This document shows, piece by piece, positions 37,721-51,562 of a stretch of DNA of 58,618 nucleotides. The DNA lies in assembly GCF_001194135.2 (NCBI RefSeq), contig NC_068993.1:23052667-23111284 (forward strand), read 5' to 3'. The first letter of the stretch is position 1, and every line of letters starts with the position of its first letter. A program made the translations under genes and the position numbers. The DNA comes from Octopus bimaculoides (Eukaryota). The notes below the pieces were generated by a model, which was given only the letters and a program-made list of their open reading frames with translations, did no database searches and was not told the DNA's origin.

Positions 37721-39447
37721 TGTATAGAAGAATCAGATCTATCAATCAATTTTATTGCTTATCCTCTGATCAATAACTAAGTGTTTCAACAATGAACTTG
37801 TTAAATTGAAAATTACATTGTTATTGGCTTTAAGAAAATGATACTCAAAACTCCAGTCAATGATAAATAATTTTGAAAAAAAAAAAGAATCTTTTATTCT
37901 AATATAAATAAAAGCGCATTCTAGTGTTCTTGAAAATTATGAACGTTAGAGATTTCCTACCTGCGCTATAGAAGCATTTCTTGAGACAGCGATTTGCTGG
38001 TGGAAAAGTTTGGTAAATAATGTACAGATACTGAATTGAAGTACTTTTGTATAGAAATTACCGTGCGATTCATATAATTATGTTAAATAATGTGATATGT
38101 AACTACTATTGAAGTTCTGAAATAGTCTAAATAGAGATATTAGTATTTTGAACCAGCTGAAAGGAAATCATCAAGTTTATTGTATACGATATAATTCTGG
38201 AGCTGGAAATCTTACTGTAAAGCGTTGTTTGTTTAAAGTAAATATCTTCTTTGCGTCATGTTTCGTTCTATTTCTTATCCCAACTAATTTTTCTTTACAT
38301 TTGAATGAAAGCAATAAAATTCTCTTTAAGATCAGTTATTCAAAGTTTTAGACGTCATAAACTGAGTAAAAAGAACAGTTTCTAATTATCTTTTTGGAAA
38401 CAAAGTGAATAAATGATATGTGTTGATTTTTACCACACGCACATACACAAGCACGCACACATACCTACAGTCATATTTAAACCTACATATACAAATGTAC
38501 AGAGAAAGCGTATTGGCGTACACATACTGAAATGTGCTTGTGTATATGTGAAAAGCTCTCGCTGTGTGATTAAGATGTGAAATTTAAGATCACGTAATTA
38601 CAAGATTGATGTCAACTGTGTGGTGCAGATTCTTACAAGTTCGTGTTGGCCAATAACTTATAAGTCAAAGTTTTCAGATGGAAAATGTAAGGAAGACTAT
38701 TCTTTATGAATGGATACATACATGCATACATACGTTTATATATACATACATTCACAAACATACATACTCACATACACACATACGTATACACTTATATATA
38801 TATATATATATATATATATNNNNNNNNNNNNNNNNNNNNNNNNNNNNNNNNNNNNNNNNNNNNNNNNNNNNNNNNNNNNNNNNNNNNNNNNNNNNNNNNN
38901 NNNNNNNNNNNNNNNNNNNNNNNNNNNNNNNNNNNNNNNNNNNNNNNNNNNNNNNNNNNNNNNNNNNNNNNNNNNNNNNNNNNNNNNNNNNNNNNNNNNN
39001 NNNNNNNNNNNNNNNNNNNNNNNNNNNNNNNNNNNNNNNNNNNNNNNNNNNNNNNNNNNNNNNNNNNNNNNNNNNNNNNNNNNNNNNNNNNNNNNNNNNN
39101 NNNNNNNNNNNNNNNNNNNNNNNNNNNNNNNNNNNNNNNNNNNNNNNNNNNNNNNNNNNNNNNNNNNNNNNNNNNNNNNNNNNNNNNNNNNNNNNNNNNN
39201 NNNNNNNNNNNNNNNNNNNNNNNNNNNNNNNNNNNNNNNNNNNNNNNNNNNNNNNNNNNNNNNNNNNNNNNNNNNNNNNNNNNNNNNNNNNNNNNNNNNN
39301 NNNNNNNNNNNNNNNNNNNNNNNNNNNNNNNNNNNNNNNNNNNNNNNNNNNNNNNNNNNNNNNNNNNNNNNNNNNNNNNNNNNNNNNNNNNNNNNNNNNN
39401 NNNNNNNNNNNNNNNNNNNNNNNNNNNNNNNNNATATATATATATAT

Positions 39448-39575
39448 AAATCCACTCAAAAGGCTTTGGTCGGCTCGGGGCTATACTAGAACACGCCTGC
39501 CCAAGTTGCCATGCAGTGGAACTGAACGCAGAAATATGTAGTTGGGAAGCAAGCTTCTTAGCATACAGCCACTCC
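39448..39575 (-). mobile_element. CORE-type SINE inserted at the left end of a Tc1/mariner element
   Basis: Reverse complement aligns with the 9976 and 18789 heads. Confidence 0.85.
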
Positions 39576-40857
39576 TATAATTTCAAAATTTATTGCAAAG
39601 GCAAATGATGTGATATATTTATCGAAGTTGTTCTATGTATTCAGTGGCTGTCAAATTTTTTAACCACATTACATTTGTAATTTTTCAGGTAATCTATTGA
39701 GGGAAAAGGTTCAGTTAAATGACCCCCAGCCCCACCGCCACAAAAAAATGGTTACTCCGCAAAAGGTACAATGTATATTGTGGTCTGTTGAAAGAAAATC
39801 GGACACACAGACCCAGTGGAACTACAGGATTAAGTATGGAAGAAATCTACCACCATGTCTGTCAATTTGTGCATGACACAAGAAATTTATGGAACCAAGA
39901 ATAGTGCTGAATATAAGGAGGAGTGGACGACCAAAATTATTTGAGGAAAGCTTGCTTTAATCCTGTAAGACAAGCCTTTACTAGTCCTCCTACAAATGCC
40001 ATACGTACTGCTGCCAAACATTTACAGCTTCTATGTTGAACTGTACACAATGTTCTACGCAAGAAGTTAGGATTGTATGCTTAAAAAGTGAAAATCTTAC
40101 AGGCATTCTAACTAAATGATAAAGCAAGGCGAAAATTGTTAGCCGTTAACATGTTGGAACAAATTTCAGCATTCCTTACCGAATTTGCGATTAGGCAAAC
40201 TTTCATGTTTCAGAGGAACTGAACACATAATGTAAGAATCTTGGAATCAGAACAACCCCATGTGACCCCATCCAAAATGAATGTCTGCTGTGGGATGATA
40301 TGTAATCAAATAATTGGTCCATTTTTTTTCATAGACAGATTAATTTCTGCAGATGCGTACCTTGAATATTTAACTGAATATGTAGCACCAGAACTGGATG
40401 ACCTTCAGCCAGCCACCATTTTCCAGCAGGATAGTGCACCACCACACTGAGGAATGCATGTGTGTGTTCCTAAATCACACATTTCCAGACCAGTGGATTG
40501 GAAGGGGTTGACTAATTCCCTGACCACTTCGTTCCCCAGATATCACTTGAACTATTTTCTATGGGGTTATGTTAAAGACATCGTGTATCGAACAAAGAAA
40601 AAGGACATCACCGACCTGAAGTAAAGTTTCACTGATGACTTTGCCACCATTGATCAAGCTATGGTACAACGGACATGGCAAGAAATTGATTACCGTTTTT
40701 ATGTGCTTCGTGCAACTAATGGTGTCCACATAGAGATGCATTAAATGATGCACTTCAATATCTACACCTACTTTTGAGATATTTTCCACAGATTTATCTA
40801 TGTATTGGCTTCTGTAATAAAGTTTTGAAATTGTAAATAGACTTCATGAACACACTG
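39576..40857 (+). mobile_element. Near full-length decayed Tc1/mariner (IS630-Tc1-mariner; DUF4817-type N-terminus)
   Basis: MVTPQKVQC..SDTQTQ, KMNVCCGMICNQIIGPFFF, IFQQDSAPPH, DQWIGRG, P.RSPDIT, FLWGYVKDIVY and TWQEIDYRF.VLRATNGVHIE. Partial TIR (AATTTCAAAATTTATTG vs its inverse near 40815-40857) and CTG|TA right end. Confidence 0.92.
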
Positions 40858-40869
40858 TACATACAAGCG

Positions 40870-40902
<33 letters not shown>

Positions 40903-41059
40903 CCACACACACACGCACACACATATACACACGTATAAATACTTGTGTGTGCATGTTTGTGTATGTGTGCGCACGCGAGGTCTGTGTGTATGCGTATATA
41001 ATTCTTTCTAGTAAAACATAGACCATGACATTTTGGAAGGAGGGCTTAATTGAATACAT

Positions 41060-41180
41060 TGTCCCCTAGCAGTTGTTTTATCAACCTCGAAATTCCATTT
41101 CGGCGGAATTTCAACTGAGAAAGTGAAGCCGGAAGAAATGCCGCAGTCCATTTTGTCCACCAATATTCACGATTCTGCCT
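41060..41180 (-). mobile_element. tRNA-derived SINE head, second family
   Basis: Reverse complement GGCAGAATCG..CAAAATG..GCGGCATTTC..AGTTGAAATTCCGCCGA has A-box-like and B-box-like segments. Confidence 0.55.
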
Positions 41181-41239
41181 GCCTGACACTCCATGTGTTT
41201 ATATCTGTAATAATTAAAGAATGTTAATGAAAATAATGA

Positions 41240-41373
41240 TGAGGAGGAGGAGGAGAGGGAGAATAAGGAGGAGGGAAGGAGGAGAAGGAGGAAGAGAAAG
41301 GGGAAGAGGAAAAGGATGATGATGAAAATTATGAAAACGATGATGATGAAGTTGATGATAATGATGATGATGG

Positions 41374-41405
<32 letters not shown>

Positions 41406-41408
41406 TTA
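41240..41408. repeat. Purine-rich (GAG/GAA) stretch and (GAT)n microsatellite
   Basis: Read directly from the sequence. Confidence 0.9.
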
Positions 41409-41569
41409 CTGATTTAGGTAAAACCGAAGAGTTGTAAATGGAAAGGACTATATATGGAGGAGGTAAACATGTAAAACATTAGAATAATTATGGATAATGG
41501 TTATAAAGATACATTAAAAATAAAGTTAATGATAAAGATTTACTTAATAATAACCACAAAGCACACAGA

Positions 41570-42350
41570 CAGGTTGGAAAATTCTACCTAAATTGATCAA
41601 AGGAATCTGTGGTCCATATTACGTATTATCCCAAACTCTTCAATATAAAGCTGTCTGAGCTTTCAGAATATTCAGTGGTGTCATTAAATCAGAGTAGCTG
41701 GTAATGTCTTGCGTCTAGTGGATGTTCCATGTGAAATGCTGCGTAAATATCAAACTACATTTTAATGTTAGTCTCTGTTTTATTGTATTTCTAGTCTGGT
41801 CCCAATTTGTAGCATATCAACACTGTATCCAAATGATTGTCAGTTACATTTTCTTTATGCTAAAATAGCAATGAACACTATTCTCTCCTGGGAAAAATGT
41901 GTTCCTTCTCCAGTGCAATATGTCGACTATTCTTACATATTAGTATCCACTTTGCTGTTAGTATACACCAAAACCATCTGGTTTTGTTGTTTGGGTGATC
42001 TTCATTGTAGAAGTCATTTGTAGTTTTGTTTCCCCCGAGGACGTTGACAACTATCTCCTCAACCCCCATTTGTTCCTTAACATTGTAACTGGATGTAAGC
42101 AGATTTATTGAGAATGTGGGTTCAATATTTTTCGCTTCGTCTGGGCCTCACTATTGTTTTTTCTCGTCATGCATTCCCCCTCTGTCACTACTGATTCTAC
42201 CTGGGAAAGTTTCTTAGGCTTTTTCGTCAGCTTCTAAAACTAACAGTAAAAGAATGTGTTTTGACGTCTCTAAAACTGTAACCTGTGTTGTCTTAGAATC
42301 CGCAACCTCTGTGATGTGCTGTTGTTGCTGAGATTTCCTTTTCCTTCATT
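41570..42350 (-). mobile_element. Decayed R4/Dong-like N-terminal region
   Basis: ORF 41878-42069 segment TRWFWCILTAK..NSRHI resembles PWWKRRI..DISRL of R4-type ORFs; the minus strand is A-rich. Confidence 0.3.
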
Positions 42351-43954
42351 GCGGGCAAGATGTCATTAAATGATTTGTATATATGCGTCTGTAGCATCTA
42401 GTATTTATATATGCGTCTGTAGCATCTAGTATTTATTTATACTCTGAACGAGCAGGTTTATAAGTTTTCGATAGGCACTTGGTACAATGCTTGTCTTTGT
42501 TATTGGTTTATGCACTTGTGGGTGAAGTCCTTTTGTATGTCTATAGTGACCTATATTTATATGTGCACATTTTACCAAACAGCAAGTTGACATTGAGTAC
42601 TTTTCCGTATTGTTTTACAAAGTGGATCACCAATATCCTCCATCATGATCTCTTTATTCTTCAATAATACAGGAAGAACGTTGGTGCCAGTATGTTAAGA
42701 ACTGATTAATCCTGTGCTCTAGCCCAACCTTCAGTTCTGAAAGCAATTCGTTTTATTATATGCTCTCCTTTCCCGATATATGCCATATCACGCTACGAAT
42801 CCGCAAGGAATACTTTTAATTGCCGTTTGGAGTCCACAAGATAAGTTTGTATAGCTTTTACAGATACATGCGAGGTATTATTTATTTCCCTCATCTGTAT
42901 GAGCAAGCCACCTGCATAGAAACATGCACATTCGTGACATAATATTAATATGAAACCCTTCTCATTTTAATGTTTTATATATAATATCCGGCAATAAAAA
43001 AAAACAAAGAAAATGTCAATTTCGAAAGTCTACGCACGAATACTTATATTATCATTGTTATTGTTTATGTCATGATTGTTTACAAATTGCTATTTTCTAC
43101 CGAAGCGTTATGAAAATGCATGTATACTTGCTAATTTTTGTTGTTATAATGTGTTTATCAGTTGTCTTACCTGTTTGTTGCTACTTGTCTTGGGATGTTT
43201 CCCGTATCATCTGATTTGAAATTAAACAATGTTTTATTCTATTATGTGATAGCACAGCAAGTCTTTCATATCCTTGCCTTGTTTCAAATAAACTTTTGAT
43301 GGTGAAATTTGTTTGTCAACTGCCGGTTAAATGCTTGTCAGAAGGATATTGTATTGTTCTCTTCGCGTCTTATGGATTTAATTTCTCACCAGGCTTTACA
43401 CACCGCTCAGGACTTGAATAACTTTAGTATGTACAATTATGTTGCTAACGTTCAGTTTAAATTTTATGTTACATCACAATGTCATTCACTACCACCCCAT
43501 TCCATTCGTTTATTCCAGGTTTTGAAAATTAACTCTGTACTCCATTTCTCCATCTCTTTCTAAGTCGTTTCAGATTATAAGTCAGTGCAATTATTATTTA
43601 TATTTCTTGGCATCGACTGCTTCTTAGAAGCTTCTCTTGTAAAAGTAAGAAGTGCTGTAGCAGTAGATTTGTATTATGAGTTGTTCTGTTTAAGACAAAT
43701 AATAAAGCTTGCCTTGCATTCTTGACATATTCAAAGATTGTTAGAGACTTCAAGCACACGCACACTTGTCACTATGGCTGTCCTCATCTGTATGTGATGC
43801 TAGTATTTATAAGCTCAAAACGTGAACTTACACATAGTCGTTACTGACTGTAAATGGAAGCCAAGTCTTGCTACCACCGTAATTATTTTACAGCATGTTG
43901 GACAATTGTCATAGAGATGAAATATCTCTGCAAGAGGAGTAGTCATAATCACAA

Positions 43955-43972
43955 CTGCAGCAGCAGCAGTAT

Positions 43973-44052
<80 letters not shown>
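43955..44052. repeat. (AGC)n grading into (AGT)n
   Basis: Read directly from the sequence. Confidence 0.95.
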
Positions 44053-47000
44053 ACTTCATCGACGGAAAATTCTAGTTAAATTGACGCATAGAGGAATGTA
44101 TTGTAAACTGCACTGATATATAATCGACAGACCGAGTGCACATATTTGTTTTACATCAAACATGATATGCATTGTTTGAATTTATAATCCCCACCTCGAT
44201 TTAAACAAAACGAATAACAAGCTAATTTATGGTGAAATATTTTGTAGCTTCAGTGTTCTATGTATTTGCAAAGATAACAGAAAAATACATTATAGATAAG
44301 ACAAACAAAAGGTCTGTAACAAATATTATTTGTATTGTTATTTTAGTAATATTTGATATGTTTTTTTTTTGTGAGACATCATCTATTATCAATCCTAAAC
44401 TTAATAGTTATGTACAACTATTTAACGAATATTAGGAATTTTAATTATTGCTATACATAGTATTATACACATAAATATTAAAAACTATACAACGTGACTT
44501 CTCGTTTGATCATTTAGTGATTTCTTTCTCAATTGGTTTTCTATTTAATTAAGAGAAAGTTTATTGACAGATCAAAAGAATATAATTAATTCTCTGAAAA
44601 AAGAAATCAATGGTAAAACATTTAGAATTCCAATATTTGGTGCTGCTGACATTGACTGGCTTTTAATTCTTCATTCTATCTAGGTTATGCTAAAGAGTTT
44701 TCCAAATCAATTAACATGATGTGCTTGGCATGCTGGTGAACCCTCTGTACATGATAACACATTTATTAGTCAAATCAAAAAATAACTGTGAAAGAGTTTA
44801 AAAAGTAATGCTTGTGTCTTTATTTTCCTGAGATTTTCAGGTGAAAGAATATGCATACGTTTCTGTAATAAGCACTTGGCTGCTACAATGAGATTTTGGC
44901 TTACAGTTAATCAGTCAGAAATTAGAATCACACCCCCGCGTGTAACCATTTAAAATATTTACGATAATATTCTAGTGACATGCATCAAGAAACTTCAGCT
45001 ATATTGCCTTATCACTGTGAACAAGAAATTTGGAGCATGTTGTTTGACAAAATACCAGAAATAAAATAGGCAGCTTCTGTATTTTCTTACAAAATGTTCG
45101 TGGTTGCTTAAGTCAGTTTACAATTACACTTTTATATTTGCTTTTCTTTTTTCTTTCTCTTGTTCTTTTTTACCACACATGTTATTAGAACTATTTGCAG
45201 TTATTCAATGATGAAACGTCTCCAAAAATTGTTTTTTTTTTTTGGTATTCAAAAAATCAACGATCCATGACAAAATGGAACCTAGAACTCTCAAAGTTAA
45301 GAAAATAGAAACTATTGAAATGCTGACTGAATTCAACTTAAAAACACTGGTCCCAACCCCTGCTTTAAGCAGTTCAAAATCCTCTAGAGCAACGAAAACA
45401 AATGTATGTCTTCAGAACACAAAATACCTTTAAAAGATCATTGCAATTTTACAATTTAATGGCAATAAATTGATCAGAGGAAGAGGATTATCACATATGT
45501 GCAACCCATGGCTAACCTCTTCTGCTTGTTATGAAAATTAGGTTAATTGAAGCAACGTCGAATAAGATGTTTGAAAAATAATATCACATTTGAACTTCGA
45601 CCATTGATGTGATATTTTAATGTTTCGCTGACTCTCAACTCAGTTATTTAATGACTATGCAAATCACCAATTAATTATGTTTCTATATTACACTTGTATA
45701 TAACAAAAATCCATTTTTCTACTTGTGACCATAGAGTATCGTTAATTTCAAGGATTTTTTCTCTCGCAAGTTCATTAATTTCTGGGGTCCTGTTTGGTTC
45801 GTGATAAGTTTAACCTTGACATTAATGACACAACGTTAAAGCGAAATGAATTTAATACGTTGTCAAATATGGCGATCATTTATGTCCTGATATCACCTTT
45901 TATAACTTATAGTTACCCATAGTTAGTGATGACTGGAAAAATTAATTACAAGCTTTCAGGATAAAATAAGAAAGAGTTAATTTTCAAGATACGAGAACCA
46001 AAGTCGTGCGAGCGATAAAAAGTTTTCGTTCTTTATTGATCATATGTGCTTATTTTGTCAATTATAAAGTTATAGCATGTACATAAGTTATAGCATGCAT
46101 ACAATAATATGTACAATACATTTCATGACAAATTGTTGCAATGGAATTAGCAAAAGAGATACAAAAGTAACTGATAACCATATAATCTCGTCCGTACTTA
46201 TACGAGATGTTTTGTCAGATACATAATTTCATATGTAGAAATAACAAACAATAAATTTATGGTAGACGAGTCACAAAACATAGTTACTTTTTATACATCA
46301 GAGTAGGCTTAAATCAATAATGGTTTAGGTGAAAGTTTATTGACAAAGTTGTTTAAGATCTGTTGACAATGTCGAGCATACTGTATGAAGTATATACGTA
46401 ATGCATATTCGCAATAGTTTTCGCATTACGATATAGAATTCTAGTATACACATATACACCAACACACATGAATGTAGCACACGTACATATACACGTATGT
46501 GTCACATTCACAGACTATATATATATANNNNNNNNNNNNNNNNNNNNNNNNNNNNNNNNNNNNNNNNNNNNNNNNNNNNNNNNNNNNNNNNNNNNNNNNN
46601 NNNNNNNNNNNNNNNNNNNNNNNNNNNNNNNNNNNNNNNNNNNNNNNNNNNNNNNNNNNNNNNNNNNNNNNNNNNNNNNNNNNNNNNNNNNNNNNNNNNN
46701 NNNNNNNNNNNNNNNNNNNNNNNNNNNNNNTATATATATATATATATATATATATATTCAGATGAATATAGTACTTAAGTTGAGGCACCAGAATTTAGTA
46801 TGGTATTATCCATACAATTTCAAAATAAGGTGATTGCAATCAAAATAAGCAACAATGATATCCAGAACTAATGCAGTACGATGGTTTCAAGCAACTCCAT
46901 TTAATTGAACAATAGAACCATCACTTCAATTAAATGCAGAGCAATCCTTGTCTGCATAAAGACATAGGATTTAATTAAATTAAAACAGAGGGACACATTA

Positions 47001-47736
47001 GTTTAATTTTACGTAAAATTTCCAAGAAGATAATGAGTAGACAAAGAACATACTGCCTTCACTTCAGCTTAGAAGCTAATAAGGTATAAGGAAGAAAGAC
47101 TTGTTACAGATTTTGTTTGTCACTGTTTAATGGGGTCAGTTTTATTTCATAGACTAGTCTTATCAAATCTTGTTTATGTTTAAGGCCGAGAGAACAAGGA
47201 GCAGTGTCTGTTAGGCATAGGGTTGAGGGAGTCGACAGAAATTATAGTGGGTATAGTCATAAAAAAAAACTATCAAGATTTATTAGAAACAATATCATAA
47301 GATTTGGTAAAGGAAAACTTAAATCAAGATGTTAGCTGACAATGAATAGGGCCGGCCACTGATAATGAAACAGGGGGAATCTTATCATGTAGTGCTATAG
47401 TTAAATATTTTAAACAATATTGCTATATGGCATAAAGTTAAAGTATAGGGTTATTCAGAAAATTATTAAGAAGAATATTATAACAAAAGGATAAAATGTT
47501 TTCGAATACTCTTGAGTATATACCAAACTTTTACCACAATATAGGGAGGAAAAGAAGTTATCTAGAAATAATTTAATATTTATACATATTATATAATTAA
47601 ATACTAACTTATCACACGGTATCTGTGAATATTGATCAATTGGTATATACTGGTATTTAATAAAGGAGTACTGAGGTAAAAAGAATACGCTAACTATATA
47701 TTAATTAAATTAAATTTAATAAAAATCTATGTCTTT

Positions 47737-47824
47737 ATGTAGCTGAGGATTGCTCCGCATTTAAATTGATGTAATGGTTGCATTGTCCAATTGCATGGAG
47801 TTGCTTGAAACGATCGTACTTCAT
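47737..47824 (+). ncRNA. Type I hammerhead ribozyme motif, partly decayed
   Basis: ATGTAG-CTGAGGA-(long imperfect stem II: CTCC/GGAG, GCA/TGC, AATTG/CAATT)-GAAAC-GATC-GTA-CTTCAT. Stem I pairs at 5/6 positions; stem III is identical to the 35001 copy. Confidence 0.6.
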
Positions 47825-47854
47825 TATCGCTGGATAACCATGGTGCTTATTTTG

Positions 47855-47901
<47 letters not shown>

Positions 47902-47982
47902 NNNNNNNNNNATATATTCCTTCACACAACCAGTCACACGCATATAAGTACGAATAATATATGTTTACACACGCACACACAT

Positions 47983-48027
<45 letters not shown>

Positions 48028-48592
48028 CATACATATATATATATATATACATACACACACACACATATATATAAGCACATATACATATAATACAATATAT
48101 GCATACATATTAAAGTTTAGATAAATGTGTGTCTATATGCGTGTATAAACCCCTCACACACAAACATACATGCATGTATATGCAATCACAGAAATAGACA
48201 CATTTATATGCAGTGCATAAAATTAACGGGGGCGGCTTGAAATTATTTCCTTTGTTCATTTCAAACGGAGATTCCATTGACTATAGATGCTGAATAATAG
48301 TTACGATGAGAAGGATAATCTCTTGGTGACATTCATAACAAGAATATACTGAATACGAGACAATACATGATAGCAGCATATACATTACGTTTTCATAGTC
48401 AGTGTCTGGTACATTGTGACTAGTCATACAACAATATACATTGTAAATAAACATTTGTTATTTTTAGCACAACTATCTGCTATCTGCTGGAAATCTATAT
48501 CACATATTAGGTTCTATATANNNNNNNNNNNNNNNNNNNNNNNNNNNNNNNNNNNNNNNNNNNNNNNNNNNNNNNNATAGATATATATATAC

Positions 48593-48645
<53 letters not shown>

Positions 48646-48760
48646 TGTGTTTGTGTGCGTGTGTGTGTATATGTATGTATGAATGAATGAATGAATATAT
48701 GTATATATATACATGTGTGTGTGTGTATGTGTGTGCATGCGCGCGCGCGTGTATGTGTGT

Positions 48761-48800
<40 letters not shown>

Positions 48801-48919
48801 CTATATAACGGCGATGAACTTATTTTTCGATTATTTAGAGTGTGCTTTTTTGAAATCCTATTTTCTTATACATTTTGCGTTGTATATAGGATTCCATTAA
48901 AATTGGGTATTCAACAATA

Positions 48920-50164
48920 TCATGTCATCCCATAAGTTCTCTCCGAATTTTGAATAAAGAAAGCAAGTGACCAAATGTTATATTTAATGGAAATTTAATC
49001 ATCAAAGTACTTTCCCTGATTGTCTATGACTTCCATCCATCTATTTACAAGCTTTTTAATCCCATCAATGTAAAACTCTCTTGGTTTCAAAGCGAAGAAC
49101 TCTGAAATGTCAGTTTCGACCTCCTCCTGGCTTGCGAAAGTTATGACCCCAAATGATTCTGTAAACTATGAAAGAAATGGTAGTCTAAAGGGAGAATAAT
49201 GTGGATGAGGATTTTTTTCCGAACCAAGCACTTCGATCTTCTGTGATGTGATCTATGCAATGTAGGGTCGCTCATTGTCCTGATGAAACATCACTCCTTT
49301 TCGATTCACTAAAGCGGGTCTTTTTTTCTTCAAAGCTTGGTTTAAACGCAGTAATTGCAGACAGTAAACTTGAGCATTGATTGTTGCATTAGGTGGTAAA
49401 CACTCCAAAGTGAATTACTCCTTTGCAATCCCACCAGATAGAGAGAAGAAACTTTTTGCCATGAAGTTCCTTTCTCGTTTGTAGTTGAGCTGTTTACGAT
49501 GTTTAGAAGATCCACTGTTCGTCACCAGTCACAAGTCTATCCAAAAAAGGTGAAGTGAGTTTGCGAGAATAGAGAAAAGAGCAGATGTCAATTCGAGATT
49601 TGCGGTTGCTTTAGGACAATTCATGAGGCTCCCATTTTCTAAGTTTAGGAAACTTTCGAAGTTGTTGAAGATGATGATGAACAGTTGTATGGTTTGAACT
49701 AAGCTTTATTGCCAATTCTTCAACTGATAATGCAGGATTATTTTCAAGTAATGCCTCAAGGAGCTTTTCATCAAACTCAACTGGACGTCCTGTTCGATCT
49801 TCATCTTCAAGACTGTAATCTCCACTTCTGAATTTTGCAAACCATCTTCTGCAATCCTTTCATTTAAGCATTCTTTCCCATAAACTGAATGTATGTTTCG
49901 AGTCGCTTTGGCTGCAGAGTTTCTTTTTTGTACTCAAAGCATTATGTGCCTCGAATGTTCTTTGGATACTTCCATGTTAGAAAGGGTTTTTTAATCAAAG
50001 AAATTTTAATTCTATTATTCTGTAAAATAATATTTAATTAGTTTAAATGTACACAAATGCATAAAAATAATTTTTAATTCCGTTAGACATTCTAAAATAC
50101 TATTAAATTTCATTCAATTTTTAAAAAAAAGTTAAAATCAGACAGAACTTATGGGATGACCTGA
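48920..50164 (-). mobile_element. Full-length mariner (DD34D) with decayed transposase (48995-49975)
   Basis: About 30-bp TIRs TCATGTCATCCCATAAGTTCTCTCCGAATTT / AAATCAGACAGAACTTATGGGATGACCTGA, with TA on both sides. Translation MEVSKEH..WEPHELS..LVTGDEQW..FHQDNERP..DYHFF..NQGKYFDD*. Confidence 0.95.
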
Positions 50165-51444
50165 TAAATATCAGAGTTCTTGGGAAGGTTTACTACCTAT
50201 CAATTATTCATATGCAAAATTCTATTGCAGCATAACAGAAACAAGCAAAGATGCATACATGAATTCCTAAAATTAAGATATATCGTCTTAATTGTTTTAC
50301 CATACGTTTAACCATACTTTTAAAGAATACATTATTTTAAAGAATATTGATGAAGAAACAAATAATAACTACTTCCTCATTTTACATAAATTGTTCCAAA
50401 TGCAAAACAAACCTTTTCTTATTAGGAAAAGCTATTTAATACTGTGACAGGATATCACATTTATAATTGTTAGCGCTAATTTCTTTGGCGGTTGAGTAAT
50501 ACTTGTTTACCTGTTTACCAAAAGAAGAGTGCAGTCTATTGCAGCTGATCTTTTCTACAATTTGCAAAAATATGCTAAGCGCCGTATCAGTTGGTAACAT
50601 GTGGCAACAAACCTCTCATTAAATTTTTATTAAACTTACTACTCCACTGTTTACAACAATTGATTAGACGAAATGCATCGAGTTGTGATAGTTTGTCATA
50701 AATCCTGCAGTGAGGGTTAAGCACCTTCTAATTATGACCCTCCCACCCATACATATTATCAAATGCGTCTTTCTATTTCTGTAGCACAATACTATGTAAT
50801 AAGCAGATGGAGAATTGTTCGTTTACTCATTCTACCTGTGTATGGATAAGTTGACAAGGATATATGAATTTGATTATATTATTCTTATCCTATCTTTGTA
50901 CTGGTGATTGGTTACTAACTGTCGGCGCATCCGTCTGACATCTATTATCATACTCTACACTCTATAAAATACTTCACTCCTGTAACAAAATAGAATGGAA
51001 GAACCAAAGAAATAGAATATCCTATAGCACCCTATGTGCGATTCAGAATTAGGACGATAAATGAAACTCACGAACTACATCATACTTGCCTTGATGTTTG
51101 TCAAATAGCCCTACAGTGCCAAAACTACCATCACCAAACATAATGCTCAAATAGAGAGGCTATATACACCATATGCATTAAACTGAGTGTTCCTAGAAGA
51201 TGACTGAAGGAAGTTCGGACCATGTAAAAGAGTATGCTATCTGCGTTTTCTCAGTTCACAGCCGTTTCCCATCCATGAATTCGGTATAGCTACTTTTGCT
51301 TTCGGTGAGCTATCTACATTATTTGGAAGAGAACTCAAATAAACAATAAGGAAGACATATATTAGCCCCACAACTTAGGAAGACAAAGTGGAGTTAAGCC
51401 ACAAAAGGTCCAAAAACATTTTTCAATTGAAACGTCACAAACGA

Positions 51445-51524
51445 TAGAAAGAGAGAGACAGAAAGGAAGAGAGAGTGAAAGAGAGAGGGAGAGAGAGAGA
51501 GAGCGAGAGAAAGGAAGAGAGAGT

Positions 51525-51562
<38 letters not shown>
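51445..51562. repeat. (GA)n-rich microsatellite
   Basis: Read directly from the sequence. Confidence 0.95.

Noticed and set aside
47370-47410. PPT-like GAAACAGGGGGAA followed by TCTTAT, suggesting an LTR element 3' end
   Set aside because: No recognisable integrase motif or matching LTR could be shown.
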